This document shows, in pieces, positions 37,362 to 49,049 of a stretch of DNA of 64,000 nucleotides. The notes under the pieces are model-generated. The model ran no database searches and was not told the origin of the DNA. It was given only the letters and a program-made list of their open reading frames with translations. Every line of letters begins with the position of its first letter. Position 1 is the stretch's first letter. The stretch is from a virus. The stretch is taken from IMG/VR virus record IMGVR_UViG_3300020204_000005. One strand, 5' to 3'. The position numbers were made by a program, and so were the translations under genes.

Positions 37362-39200
37362 ATGGCAAATAAAAAGATTTCTTATACAACTAGAGATTTC
37401 CAACAGATAAGAACTGAGTTAATAAATTTTACAAGATTATATTATCCTGAACTTATTGATAATTTTAACGACGCTTCGGTTTTCTCCGCTTTATTGGATT
37501 TAAATGCTGCGGTAACGGATAACTTACAATTCAATATTGATAGAAGTATACAAGAAACCGTATTACAATATGCACAACAAAGGTCATCAGTATTTAATAT
37601 TGCAAGAACATACGGACTTAAAGTTCCTGGCCAAAGACCTTCAGTTGCTCTTGTTGATTTTTCGATAACAGTACCCGCATTTGGTGATAAAGAAGATTTA
37701 AGATATTGTGGTATATTAAGAAGAGGGGCTCAAGTTAACGGTGCAGGTCAAGTATTTGAAACAGTTTATGATATTGATTTTTCATCACCAATCAATGCCG
37801 AAGGATACCCAAATAGACTTAAAATACCTAATTTCGATTCAAATAATAAGTTATTAAATTATACAATTGTTAAAAGAGAAACAGTTGTAAATGGGGTTAC
37901 CAAAGTATTCAAAAGAACCATAACCGCAAACGATGTTAAACCATTCTTTGAATTATTTTTACCTGAAAAGAATGTTTTAGGTGTTACAAGTGTTTTATTA
38001 AAAGATGGTACTCAATATGCAAATATACCATCACCACAAGAATTTTTAGGTAATGATAATAGATGGTATGAAGTAAAGGCTCTTGTTGAAGATAGAGTCT
38101 TTGTTGAAGACCCAACTAAAGTTTCTGACCAACCTGGTATTAAAGTTGGTAAATACTTAACAACAAGTGATAAATTTATAACTGAATACACACCTGAAGG
38201 ATTTTTAAGAATGACTTTTGGTGGTGGTAGTCAATCCGCAGATGAACAATTAAGGGAATTTGCAAGGAACGGGTTAAAACTTGATTTGTATAAATATTCC
38301 AACAACTTTGCATTAGGTAGTGTATTAAAACCAAACTCAACGTTATTTGTCCAATATAGAATTGGTGGAGGTTCAGGAAGTAATTTAGGTATCAATGTAA
38401 TTACTCAAGTAGGTACGGTTTCATTTTTTGTTAACGGTCCTTCAGCTTCTGTTAACACAAATGTGGTTAATTCATTATCGTGTAATAATGTTACTGCAGC
38501 AATTGGTGGAGCACCCGCACCGACTACTGAAGAAGTAAGAAATTTAGTGACATTTAACTTTTCAGCACAAAACAGGGCGGTAACTGTTAATGACTATGAT
38601 TCGATTATAAGAACAATGCCGTCCCAATTTGGAGCACCCGCTAAAGTTGCGATTACCGAAGAAAATAATAAGATAAAAATAAAAATGTTGTCTTTTGACG
38701 AGTCAGGTAATTTAACTGAGATAGTATCTAACACACTTAAAAATAATATCGCTAATTACCTTTCAAATTACAGAATGTTAAATGATTACATTTCAGTTGA
38801 AAGTGCAAATGTTATTGATTTATCAATGAACATTGATGTGGTATTAGATAATAGTCAAACACAAGGGGCTTTAATTGCTCAAATTGTAAATTTAGTTACT
38901 GAATATTTTTCACCTTCAAATAGACAGATGGGTAGTAATGTTTATATATCGGAAATTAGAAGACAAATACAATCACAAAATGGTGTGATATCAGTATCTG
39001 ATATCCAAGTATTTAATAAGGTTGGAGGACAATATTCTTCATCTCAAACATCTCAAGGATATATTGATGACGAAACAAAACAAATTGGTTTAGTCGATGA
39101 TACAATTTTTGCAGAACCTAGTCAAACATATCAAGTTAGATACTCTGGTAAAGATATTAATGTGAGAATTAAAAACCTTTCTACAGTTAATTTTTCTTGA
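37362..39200 (+). CDS. Baseplate wedge subunit (gp6 / baseplate J-like)
   Basis: YTTRDFQQIRTEL, YRIGGGSGSN and AQNRAVTVNDY. It follows the gp25-like gene. Confidence 0.9.
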   Translation: MANKKISYTTRDFQQIRTELINFTRLYYPELIDNFNDASVFSALLDLNAAVTDNLQFNIDRSIQETVLQYAQQRSSVFNIARTYGLKVPGQRPSVALVDFSITVPAFGDKEDLRYCGILRRGAQVNGAGQVFETVYDIDFSSPINAEGYPNRLKIPNFDSNNKLLNYTIVKRETVVNGVTKVFKRTITANDVKPFFELFLPEKNVLGVTSVLLKDGTQYANIPSPQEFLGNDNRWYEVKALVEDRVFVEDPTKVSDQPGIKVGKYLTTSDKFITEYTPEGFLRMTFGGGSQSADEQLREFARNGLKLDLYKYSNNFALGSVLKPNSTLFVQYRIGGGSGSNLGINVITQVGTVSFFVNGPSASVNTNVVNSLSCNNVTAAIGGAPAPTTEEVRNLVTFNFSAQNRAVTVNDYDSIIRTMPSQFGAPAKVAITEENNKIKIKMLSFDESGNLTEIVSNTLKNNIANYLSNYRMLNDYISVESANVIDLSMNIDVVLDNSQTQGALIAQIVNLVTEYFSPSNRQMGSNVYISEIRRQIQSQNGVISVSDIQVFNKVGGQYSSSQTSQGYIDDETKQIGLVDDTIFAEPSQTYQVRYSGKDINVRIKNLSTVNFS

Positions 39201-39273
39201 TAATTTATTTTATTAATTTCTAAATTATCATTTTGAAAATGGTATATAAACTATTTATCAAAAAAGATTAGGA

Positions 39274-42200
39274 ATGTCAAATTCATATAGAATAAGAACC
39301 GAAGTAGGTGTAGATAAATCATTAAAGGTATTACTTGAACAAGAATATGAATATCTTGAGATATTATCCCTAAAGGTTTTACAAAGTCAAATTTATACAA
39401 GACAATGCTCAGATTATGGTGTAATCATAGGTAGGGTAACCGCTAATAATGGGTTTGGAATACCAAATGCTAAAGTTTCAGTATTCATACCTTTATCCCC
39501 TGAAGATGAAAACAATCCTATAATAAGTGAATTATACCCTTATAAATCTTTAAGTGACACAAATGAAGATGGGTATCGATATAATCTCCTACCTTATAAA
39601 CAACAACATAGTGGTCATAGCCCGACAGGTACTTTCTTTGATAGAGAAGATGTCCTAACAAACCCTACATTCATTGAGGTTTACGATAAGTATTATAAAT
39701 ATACCGCTAAAACAAATGATAGTGGTGACTACATGATATTTGGAGTTCCATTAGGAGAACAAACAATACATGTTGATGTTGATTTATCCGATATAGGAGA
39801 ATTCTCATTATCACCCCAAGATTTAGTCAGAACAGGAGCGGCAACTGAAGCTCAAGTTGCGGGGACACAGTTCAAAACGTCATCAAACCTAAATTCATTA
39901 CCACAAATTATTTCAATTAATAGAGTTGTTGAAGTAGAACCTCTTTGGGGACAACCTGAAGTATGTAGTTTAGGTATTATCAGAAGCGATTTCGATTTAA
40001 CAAGTGAAGCAAATATTGATATAACACCCACCGCAATTTTTATGGGGTCAATAGTATCAACAGTTGATAATCATACACAAAAAAGAAATTGTAAACCTAA
40101 AAATAGACATGGTAATTTATGTAGTTTAGTTGCGGGTCCTGGTGAAATATTAGTAATTAGACAAACTATACAACAAGATGTTAATGGTAGACCTGTTTTA
40201 GAGACATTTGATTTAGAACAGGGGGGGCAAGTGATTGATGAAAACGGTACATGGTTAATTGATGTACCTATGAATTTGGATTATTATATAACCAATGAAT
40301 TTGGTGAAAAAGTATTATCAAATGACCCTGAGAAAGGAGTACCAACAAGAGGTAAATACAGATTTAAAGTTAAATGGGCACAATCACCTACATTATCGGA
40401 ACCTGTTAAAAGAGGTTATTTTTTAGTACCTAACATAAAAGAGCATGGATGGGTTATTAATGGTGGGAATAGAATCGACCCTTTAACTAATGGGTCCGCA
40501 TCACCGTCAGATACTTTAGAGGCTATTAAATCGTATTCGTTTAGTTTAGATTGGAATGACTACCCTGATATACAAGGTGCTATTAATTGTGAAGACACCT
40601 TTTATGATATGCAATATAATAAGGTATATACGGTATCACAATTAATAGACCAATATAGAAAAGGATATATACCTAGTAAAGTGATTGGGGTCAAACACAT
40701 TCTTGATGATGTATGCGAGAGCGAAAACGTTAAATTTCCAACAAACGACGCTTTCTTAAGATTTGATTTAATATACTTATTATTTACAATAATGATGTAT
40801 ATATTTAAACCAACTTTATACCAATTATTAGTAATTGTACACGTTTTAGCATTTTTAATAAAATTCATTTTAGGTCCTATATTAGCAATTGTTGTTGCAG
40901 TTGTTTTTTTGATAGTCATATTAGTATGTAATTTCATTAATGGTATTATTTGGGTTATAAATTTATTTGCGAATGTTAATAAATTGGATTGCCCCACTAT
41001 TCAAGACCTGCAAGAACTAATTGTTAAATTACTTAATTTATGGAAGTTATTTACAAAAATAAATTTACCTAACTTATCTTATAGTGATTGTGAATTATGT
41101 AACTGTAAAGAACCTGATAGTGTTGAAAATAACGCTACAAGCCCATCACCAACTAATATAGATTCCGAATCCATTATTAATAATTCAGGAATAAATTCCT
41201 ATTTAACGAATTATTTAGATAGTAGTAAATATACCGCAAACCAAGGATTTTCTTACCCAAGTGCTTTTGAAAGTATTATGGCAGGTGCTAGTTTTGATGG
41301 TTCAGGGCCTAAAACTTATACACCCCAAATGACTAAATATGGTAATGATAATGGTGATGACAGACATTTGTTTACGAGTAGTTTAACTTTAGCTGAGAGA
41401 ATTAATCTATTCAATAACAAAGCTAAATATTTTAATGATGGTGGGGGGACTAATCCTGGAGGAGGGTTTAATAGAATTAAAGTAACTTTCCAAACACAAC
41501 TTAATAATCCTATAGTAAAGTATCATTATGACAACGTTATTGTGGTCTCAATTAAAGATACTAAACTATCAGAAATGCAGGCAGGTCAGATAGTCACATT
41601 CCAAAATCCAGAACTTTCTGCAGACGTTAATTTAACAGGGTATACTCAATTAAATCAATTTGCAACCAAAAGTATTACAGGAACTTCAATTAACGACAAT
41701 GGTCAAATTACAGTATATTATTCGGACCCATCTGATTTAAATGGTTCGTCATCACCATTGTCAGTGTTATATGATATTGAACAAGACCCTGATGATGCTA
41801 CATATGCAAAATTTGGAATGGATATCGAATATTTCCAAGTCATAACCGCTATGACTTATAGTAATTTTAGCTCATTATGTACCCCAAACCCATTATCTTT
41901 AAGAGATAGATATTTGTTTAATAATATGAGATTTGAATATCTTAAATCGGTAACTAATTGTTGGTATGATGATTATTATCAAAACCCATTACAATCTTAC
42001 GATAATTATGAAAATCAAGTTATAACATTTTTGGTTAGAGGTGTTGACCCTTATAGTACAAGAAAACAAAATTCATATGATTTAAGTAGATTATTTGGAT
42101 ACACATCATGGGGAATACCTGGGTTAACTGTAACAGGTGATTATAAATTAAATCACCCTATAAGAGGAGGTGTTAAATCAGTTAAACATAGTATGATAAG

Positions 42201-44367
42201 TGATGTAACATTAACCGACAGTAATAATTATAATTTATATTATGATTCATTTCACTTCCTACCTGAATCTAACCCATCAAACGCAGGGTTTAGTGGGTTT
42301 ACCTCTACATTACCAAGTTATTACTCTAGACTTGACGCTTCTGATTTATCTTTTACACCTTTAGGTGCGTTATCATTAAATAATGTTTGTTCTTCAGGTC
42401 CTTTTGGGTATAATGTTGCAAGTATAAGACCTTTTAATACAATTATATCTAATGGTAATGGATTTTTACTTGAATGGGATGTTGTCGTTCCATTTGTTTT
42501 TCCTCCGAACTGTACTGAGATTAGAACCGCAACACAAAATAGTTACCCTAACGATAACAAAGGTTATTTTGTTAATGAAATTGTTGAGGGTGGTTCGGCT
42601 ATGTTACAGAGAGTTAAAGTTCAATTTGGTGTAGGAACCTACGCAAATGGATATTCATACGCACCTAAATACGCGACAGTTCCTTACGGATATAATAATT
42701 TAGGTATTAATGGTAACCAAATTATTATGAGGTCGGATAGATTACCGACATCAACAAGTACAAAAGAAACCTCCAATAATAGTTTTGCATTACAGATGAA
42801 TCCTAATTTTGCGGTTTATTTAGTTTCAGATGACGGGTCAGTACCTGTTAATAATGAATCAACACAACCATCAACTTCAACAGGAGCGAACCAAGATAGT
42901 AGTGAAGATAATGATGGTAATAAAGTGTTAGATTCATTTAATTGCCCTCAAATGGTTCCTCTTGGTTGTTATTATGGGGCAACACCTGGTTGTGGTAATT
43001 CGTTCACACCCACAGAAATTGACATACAACCTGATAATGATGGGTGTTATTATAATGGTATAAACGGTGAAAAAATAATGGTTAATGGTTGTTATGTTAC
43101 AGTAACAAGTATATTTTTATCTTTACCCAAAGATTTTAAAATATTAACTGAATGGTCCTCAAGATTATTAATTACATTTGGCGCTTGTAGAGACGTTTGG
43201 TCTCAAATGTTCACTAATAATTGGATTAATGGTACGTTATACGCATTTGCATTTAAGAATGATAGATTCTTTACAGGTCCAACCGACACACCTGCAAATT
43301 CACCATATAGTTTATATTGTAGAGATACAGTTTATTTGCATCCAACTACTTTAAACTTTTATTATAGGTCAAGTCCTTGGGATGGTAATAGTTTTATTGG
43401 GGCTCAACCTCCAACACCTCTTTTTGGAGGTAGTTACGGAGGAAATGATAAAAACCTAAGATTTCCAACAACAATGTTAGATATGGGACCTAGAACACAA
43501 TACTTACAAGAATTAATAATGTCAGATGATTTTGATGGTTATGTAGTAAATAAATTAGGACCAACAACGTATACTGATGTTTCTGAAATATTGAATTTAT
43601 TCATCATTAGTCGACTATCTAATACTAGTTTCTTATCACAATTATTTGGGACTTCAGGAGCAAATATATTAAGTTATTTTAACGGAAGGACTAAATTTAT
43701 GGTTGACGCCGACTACGCACAAACAGTTTCTGTAAGTTCAGAATTAGGTGTTGCAGAATTTAATTCAGAAAATTACCCCCAACTTACATGTGCTCAAGAC
43801 CCTATTTATTTTAATGGTGGTAATGCTACTGATGGTATTATAGGTGTTTTCTTTTCATCAGACACACAAGTTAGAGATTTTATAACCCCTAAAAGAACAA
43901 TTATTGTTGAAGATGCTATGGTAACTGATGATTGTGCGTTTGGTAACTTTAAAGTCTTTTCACAAACTGTCCCATTCTACCAATGGAACATTAAACAAAA
44001 CCCTGACCAAGATAGTATTTTTGGTTCACAAGGTAATGAATGGTATACGACACCTTTAGGTAGTAGTTTTTATAGTAACAAATACCAATCAATGGATAGA
44101 TTAGAGCAGACTTCAAGATATATGAGAACAAATACAAGTAGTTTTATTAAAGATTTTAAAGGGTATATTTATTCATACAATACTTCCACAGGACAATATA
44201 ACCCAAATCATGATTCGGTACAACCTAATTCAACACCTTACAGTTCATCAGAAAGAATATTTACAGTTGGGGCACCTTTCCACTTCTATTTTGGTCTTAA
44301 AAAAGGAAAAACCGCATTTGACAGATTTGCAACTAAATGGATTAAAACTGATATAATTACAGATTAA
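39274..44367 (+). CDS. Large putative structural protein (1697 aa) with an N-terminal carboxypeptidase-regulatory-like beta-sandwich and a long internal hydrophobic segment
   Basis: GVIIGRVTANNGFGIPNAKVSV...AKTNDSGDYMIFGVPLGEQTIHVD. It lies in the baseplate operon with an upstream TATTTAT. The hydrophobic stretch is at about 40762-40975. Confidence 0.6.
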   Translation: MSNSYRIRTEVGVDKSLKVLLEQEYEYLEILSLKVLQSQIYTRQCSDYGVIIGRVTANNGFGIPNAKVSVFIPLSPEDENNPIISELYPYKSLSDTNEDGYRYNLLPYKQQHSGHSPTGTFFDREDVLTNPTFIEVYDKYYKYTAKTNDSGDYMIFGVPLGEQTIHVDVDLSDIGEFSLSPQDLVRTGAATEAQVAGTQFKTSSNLNSLPQIISINRVVEVEPLWGQPEVCSLGIIRSDFDLTSEANIDITPTAIFMGSIVSTVDNHTQKRNCKPKNRHGNLCSLVAGPGEILVIRQTIQQDVNGRPVLETFDLEQGGQVIDENGTWLIDVPMNLDYYITNEFGEKVLSNDPEKGVPTRGKYRFKVKWAQSPTLSEPVKRGYFLVPNIKEHGWVINGGNRIDPLTNGSASPSDTLEAIKSYSFSLDWNDYPDIQGAINCEDTFYDMQYNKVYTVSQLIDQYRKGYIPSKVIGVKHILDDVCESENVKFPTNDAFLRFDLIYLLFTIMMYIFKPTLYQLLVIVHVLAFLIKFILGPILAIVVAVVFLIVILVCNFINGIIWVINLFANVNKLDCPTIQDLQELIVKLLNLWKLFTKINLPNLSYSDCELCNCKEPDSVENNATSPSPTNIDSESIINNSGINSYLTNYLDSSKYTANQGFSYPSAFESIMAGASFDGSGPKTYTPQMTKYGNDNGDDRHLFTSSLTLAERINLFNNKAKYFNDGGGTNPGGGFNRIKVTFQTQLNNPIVKYHYDNVIVVSIKDTKLSEMQAGQIVTFQNPELSADVNLTGYTQLNQFATKSITGTSINDNGQITVYYSDPSDLNGSSSPLSVLYDIEQDPDDATYAKFGMDIEYFQVITAMTYSNFSSLCTPNPLSLRDRYLFNNMRFEYLKSVTNCWYDDYYQNPLQSYDNYENQVITFLVRGVDPYSTRKQNSYDLSRLFGYTSWGIPGLTVTGDYKLNHPIRGGVKSVKHSMISDVTLTDSNNYNLYYDSFHFLPESNPSNAGFSGFTSTLPSYYSRLDASDLSFTPLGALSLNNVCSSGPFGYNVASIRPFNTIISNGNGFLLEWDVVVPFVFPPNCTEIRTATQNSYPNDNKGYFVNEIVEGGSAMLQRVKVQFGVGTYANGYSYAPKYATVPYGYNNLGINGNQIIMRSDRLPTSTSTKETSNNSFALQMNPNFAVYLVSDDGSVPVNNESTQPSTSTGANQDSSEDNDGNKVLDSFNCPQMVPLGCYYGATPGCGNSFTPTEIDIQPDNDGCYYNGINGEKIMVNGCYVTVTSIFLSLPKDFKILTEWSSRLLITFGACRDVWSQMFTNNWINGTLYAFAFKNDRFFTGPTDTPANSPYSLYCRDTVYLHPTTLNFYYRSSPWDGNSFIGAQPPTPLFGGSYGGNDKNLRFPTTMLDMGPRTQYLQELIMSDDFDGYVVNKLGPTTYTDVSEILNLFIISRLSNTSFLSQLFGTSGANILSYFNGRTKFMVDADYAQTVSVSSELGVAEFNSENYPQLTCAQDPIYFNGGNATDGIIGVFFSSDTQVRDFITPKRTIIVEDAMVTDDCAFGNFKVFSQTVPFYQWNIKQNPDQDSIFGSQGNEWYTTPLGSSFYSNKYQSMDRLEQTSRYMRTNTSSFIKDFKGYIYSYNTSTGQYNPNHDSVQPNSTPYSSSERIFTVGAPFHFYFGLKKGKTAFDRFATKWIKTDIITD

Positions 44368-44368
44368 T

Positions 44369-46156
44369 ATGGGTAATAGAAATGATTTACGAGTGGTTTT
44401 AGGGTCTTTGAGATATAAGTCAGCACCTAACACAAACTTATTTTTTCAAGTACCACTTAAACAAACTTTTAAAGAAAATACTGAATTTGATAGAAGTATT
44501 GATGTTGATTTGGAACAAGTATTTAATAATGAACGACAAGAATCAGATATTTTTAGACCTACCGCAAAATTTTCATTATTATTTAAAAATTCATATTCAG
44601 GTTTTACAAATTATCCACCATTTGAAAATAATTTATATTATCTTAATTCACAAGAAGCGGCAATTGCTCAATGTTTAAATGGTAATCCTGATGCGATAAG
44701 TTGGACAGGACTACCCCAATATAACGAATTTGATTTTGTTAGGAATGATTATAATGTACCTGGTTATACACAATTACCTGATGAACATATAATCTTCACA
44801 CCTAAAAGTGCTTCGAGTTATAATTGGAATTTTTTTGTTAGTTATCCATATGAAAATGATTACACTAAACAATTAAAGGCCGTTGATTTTAAAACAAACA
44901 TTACGTTAAATTGGATAGTTGGTGATGGTATACCGTTTATAATTGAAAAAGTCGACAATGGAGGATTGGGACAAATATCTTTTAGATGTCCTATTAAACA
45001 TGGATTATCAGTAGGGGAATTTGTTAAATTAAGTTTATCTTATAATGGAGATGATTTATTCCAAGTGAATTCATTAGGAGCTCAAACTTATGGAAGTGAA
45101 GAGTATGTATTTAATATTGTAGATGTTGGATACACTAGTGTTTTTAATAATAATGTGACTGGCACGGCAAAGAGAGTTATACTAGGTGACAGTGAAACAG
45201 ACACGATATCTGAATATTATGTTAGAAGACATAAAATATTAACAAATTCTGAAAATGCAGTTGTAAGTAAGGCGGGATTTGAACAAAGTATTTTTGGGGA
45301 GACTAAAAAATTTGAGAGTAGTGGTTTTACCCCGAATCAAGTATCAAGAGTCTCTATTAAAGAAGGTTCACAATCATATACCTTATCATTTAATAAAGAT
45401 ATTAAAATAAATCCTTTAAGAGATAATCAAAAAAGACCATTAACAGAATTATTTTTTACTGTTATATGGAAAGGTTTTTTCGGATGGACCTTTGGGTTAC
45501 CAAATGGTAATGGAGGTTTTAACGGATTAAAAGAAGGGTGGGAATTTAACCTACCTTTAAACTCGACAGGACAACCAAATAGTTGGTGGAGTAACTCAAA
45601 TTCGGACTCCGATGTTAACATACCACTTGGGGTTTACAACACTGCTCAAGGGTTACCACCATACGTGTCACCATCATTCAACGGGTTTACATATATTGAT
45701 TCATTAAAGGAAGATGATATAATAGACGGAGATGTTTGTGAATGGAGTAATTATGACCAAAAAGAGAGAGTTATTTCAAAAATTTACCATAAGATAAAAT
45801 TTAACCCTTTTGTATTTTCTATAGGAGGAAATCCCGCAAATCAATTTGGTTATTACTATCAACCTCATCATGGAGTTACGATTAGAGTATTCTCAGATTA
45901 TATCGAAGATGGGGACCCCCAAAATGTTGTAGGTATTCCTGATTATTCTTATTTCTCAACAACTAAAAATTTATTTATATGGAGAGATTTATATCCATAT
46001 GGTTATATTGATAGTTCTTTTAACGGTGTTAATTATCCATTTTTAAACGGTGTTCATTATCCATTTAACAATAATATATTCAGAATAATACCTGAAGGAA
46101 CTAATTATAATGAACAGACCATAATAGCAGAACCATTAATTGACGATTGTGAGTAA
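44369..46156 (+). CDS. Hypothetical structural protein (baseplate/fibre operon)
   Basis: 595 aa ORF translationally coupled to its neighbours, with an aromatic, beta-rich composition. Confidence 0.6.
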   Translation: MGNRNDLRVVLGSLRYKSAPNTNLFFQVPLKQTFKENTEFDRSIDVDLEQVFNNERQESDIFRPTAKFSLLFKNSYSGFTNYPPFENNLYYLNSQEAAIAQCLNGNPDAISWTGLPQYNEFDFVRNDYNVPGYTQLPDEHIIFTPKSASSYNWNFFVSYPYENDYTKQLKAVDFKTNITLNWIVGDGIPFIIEKVDNGGLGQISFRCPIKHGLSVGEFVKLSLSYNGDDLFQVNSLGAQTYGSEEYVFNIVDVGYTSVFNNNVTGTAKRVILGDSETDTISEYYVRRHKILTNSENAVVSKAGFEQSIFGETKKFESSGFTPNQVSRVSIKEGSQSYTLSFNKDIKINPLRDNQKRPLTELFFTVIWKGFFGWTFGLPNGNGGFNGLKEGWEFNLPLNSTGQPNSWWSNSNSDSDVNIPLGVYNTAQGLPPYVSPSFNGFTYIDSLKEDDIIDGDVCEWSNYDQKERVISKIYHKIKFNPFVFSIGGNPANQFGYYYQPHHGVTIRVFSDYIEDGDPQNVVGIPDYSYFSTTKNLFIWRDLYPYGYIDSSFNGVNYPFLNGVHYPFNNNIFRIIPEGTNYNEQTIIAEPLIDDCE

Positions 46157-46955
46157 TAAATTTTTATTTACCATACCTAACGATACTAAAGGGATTCAAA
46201 TTCCTATAGAAATGAAATGGGATTTTTATGGTAGAACTGATAGTATTGAGTTATATGAGGATGATGTTTTAACAACAATCATAGGGGTTGCTGATGATTT
46301 TGAAGTAGTTAGATTTTCACATAACTCCTATGGTAATAATCAAGAGACTAAATTAGGATACGAGTTTTATTTTTATGATGGACCACCACCAACAAACCAA
46401 AGCGTTTTAACATCCACAGTTACTGATTGGAAAAATAGTTATTTATCTGAAGGATTTACAGGTGATGAAATTTATTATTATACCAAACCATTCACAAAAT
46501 CATTTTTTAAATTAGATTTTTATGATACTAACGATACAGTTACACAAACTAATTATTTTAGTGTGATTATACCCGTTCAGCAAGGAGAAACTGAAAGTGT
46601 TAGTATTTCACCCTTATTTCCTAACGTTAATATTAAAAAACCAAAATATTCATTAGATTTTGTTGGTGATAAAGAAGGTTTCTTTTTGTATTGGTTAGTG
46701 AATACAGAATTTTTAAACATCAACACCTTTTACATGTCGGCTAAATTTTTTGATGGTAAACTAGGGGTTTTTGTTAGAATGATGAACGAACCACAATCAT
46801 CATTACCTAATAAATTTGTATTTGATTCTCCGAGGTATTTTTTTAATAAAGTTGTTTTAGATTATAACACTAAAACATATGAAATATTTGATTATTTAAA
46901 CAACCGTATAGGTGCGGGAACACCAATAAAATGGTATGAATATATTAACCCTTAA
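46140..46955 (+). CDS. Hypothetical structural protein
   Basis: 271 aa ORF overlapping both neighbours in the same operon. Confidence 0.6.
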   Translation: MTIVSNKFLFTIPNDTKGIQIPIEMKWDFYGRTDSIELYEDDVLTTIIGVADDFEVVRFSHNSYGNNQETKLGYEFYFYDGPPPTNQSVLTSTVTDWKNSYLSEGFTGDEIYYYTKPFTKSFFKLDFYDTNDTVTQTNYFSVIIPVQQGETESVSISPLFPNVNIKKPKYSLDFVGDKEGFFLYWLVNTEFLNINTFYMSAKFFDGKLGVFVRMMNEPQSSLPNKFVFDSPRYFFNKVVLDYNTKTYEIFDYLNNRIGAGTPIKWYEYINP

Positions 46956-48142
46956 TGGACGAAAGATATTATAGTATAAGAATATCACCTGAAGTAATTA
47001 ATGGTGATTTATTTTTACATTCATATGATGCGGGTAACTCAGAACCAGACCCTAACGACCCTTGTTGTGAAATTGTAACATCAACAACAACTTTAAATTT
47101 TACAGGTCTTACTTACGTGTATTCATCGATGACCCAAGTAGTTAGTGGAGGTACTGATGGAAGTTCGTTATTAACGGGACTAACTGTCCCTGTGTTTTTA
47201 ACCGAAACGACTGTTGATGTTGGTTATTATTCTGTTTTTGATGGTATGGTATTACAAAAAGATACCATGACTAATTTTTTATTTTCGGCATCGACATTTT
47301 CACCATATACCTATTATTTTTATAATACTTCAGATACTGAATTTAAAAAATATTTACAATTTGCAACATATAAAGTGGATTGGGGAGATGGAACGCCAAT
47401 TGATTTAATTACAACAACCGCACCCAATTTTTATAGTCATACTTATGCTCAAGATGGTGAATTCACAATAACTTTTTCAGGAATGAGTCCTTGGGGAACA
47501 AATATTGTTGAAAAAACAGTCTATGTCCCATTCACAGGAGTTACAGTACCTAACCCAAATGGAACCGCGTATTTTTTACCTGCGGGAGGTAGTTGGTCAG
47601 GAACACCTTTAATGTATGATTATTTATTTACGGGAGATTCAAATTGTGATGTTTATGACCAATCAAGTTATAACTATACCACTGTACCATTTTTAATTTC
47701 TGGGTATACCACATCTACGATGACTGATTTACAACAATACGGTAGTAAATTTAATCCGATGATGTTTAATGGTAAATATAAAATAGGTGTACAAGTTACA
47801 GGAACATCTGGTAGTATTGGGACTTTTTGGGGTCCATCTTTAGATAATACTTATACTGCCTATACAATAAATGATATTGATTATTATGATTATAGTGATG
47901 GTACTACAGTATTCATGACTTATTCATCAGGTATGACACCTGATATGATAGTCTGTTCAGCAATTACAAAAAATGAGGTATTATTGAACGTAATTGATGA
48001 AGCAGAAATACAAACTAATGTATTTATAGAAAGAGGTAAAAACTCGGCATTAGAACGAATCCAAAGGTTAGGAGAAGTTGATAATGTGGGGGACCTTGAA
48101 AAATATGGATACAAATTTTTTAATGTAAAAAATACAGGATAA
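46955..48142 (+). CDS. Structural protein with a PKD-like domain
   Basis: YKVDWGDGTP...SHTYAQDGEFTIT matches the PKD signature WxWGDG...HTY..G. Confidence 0.65.
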   Translation: MDERYYSIRISPEVINGDLFLHSYDAGNSEPDPNDPCCEIVTSTTTLNFTGLTYVYSSMTQVVSGGTDGSSLLTGLTVPVFLTETTVDVGYYSVFDGMVLQKDTMTNFLFSASTFSPYTYYFYNTSDTEFKKYLQFATYKVDWGDGTPIDLITTTAPNFYSHTYAQDGEFTITFSGMSPWGTNIVEKTVYVPFTGVTVPNPNGTAYFLPAGGSWSGTPLMYDYLFTGDSNCDVYDQSSYNYTTVPFLISGYTTSTMTDLQQYGSKFNPMMFNGKYKIGVQVTGTSGSIGTFWGPSLDNTYTAYTINDIDYYDYSDGTTVFMTYSSGMTPDMIVCSAITKNEVLLNVIDEAEIQTNVFIERGKNSALERIQRLGEVDNVGDLEKYGYKFFNVKNTG

Positions 48143-48143
48143 T

Positions 48144-49049
48144 ATGGCAACAGGAACTTACGGTACAATAAGACCAGCGGACGTTTCCCCCGAAGATGTT
48201 GAGATAATTTTAAATTATACCCCATCAAGAGATGAAACTAATAATTTTGTATTAACTAAACTTGATGCGAAAACATTATTAAGACCTTATTTTAATAATG
48301 ATAGTACTGGGGGTTCCTCAGTAGAAGTGTTAGGTGGTTTATATAATTTAACATTACCTTCAGACCAATTTAATAAATTAGGGATTTATACTCTTTATAT
48401 TAGACCTGCTCAAATCAGGACAACTATTTTGGATTGTGGGGTATTATCATCATTACCTAATGTTAGAGGTTTAGTAATTGATTTAAATTCAGTACCTTCT
48501 GAATATAGAAATAAATTTATAAATCAAGGGTTAGTTGGATTTAGAATTGAATATCTTAATACCGATGGGTCTAAGATACCTAATTTTTTTAGAATCATCA
48601 CATCATCATTTTTTTGTGAACCCGTTGTTCAAAATTTAACCAACACATCGCAAAAAGCTATAAGATATAGATACACCGAAAATAATACTAATTTAGTATT
48701 CTGTACTTTATCACCATCATCTGCACCAACAAACAAACCAAACGCAATACCTTTTATTGGACAACCAAATCAAAGTATTGTAATATCTAATACATTCTTC
48801 AATCCAATAACATTAGATGTTGAAGTTGCGGAACATGACTTCTCAACGTTGGCAATTGCATTGTTTGGAAACCAAACTAAGTCTATCGATGACGGTATTT
48901 ACACGATGTACGACACTCAAAATAACATCTATAGACAATACAATCTATATGAAATTAGAGACCAATTTAACGAGTTATTATTTGAGGTTAGACAAGATAG
49001 AGGTGATAATATTGATTTTAGTAAAAACTTTACAAATATAACACAATAA
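48144..49049 (+). CDS. Hypothetical structural protein
   Basis: 301 aa ORF coupled between baseplate-operon genes. Confidence 0.6.
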   Translation: MATGTYGTIRPADVSPEDVEIILNYTPSRDETNNFVLTKLDAKTLLRPYFNNDSTGGSSVEVLGGLYNLTLPSDQFNKLGIYTLYIRPAQIRTTILDCGVLSSLPNVRGLVIDLNSVPSEYRNKFINQGLVGFRIEYLNTDGSKIPNFFRIITSSFFCEPVVQNLTNTSQKAIRYRYTENNTNLVFCTLSPSSAPTNKPNAIPFIGQPNQSIVISNTFFNPITLDVEVAEHDFSTLAIALFGNQTKSIDDGIYTMYDTQNNIYRQYNLYEIRDQFNELLFEVRQDRGDNIDFSKNFTNITQ

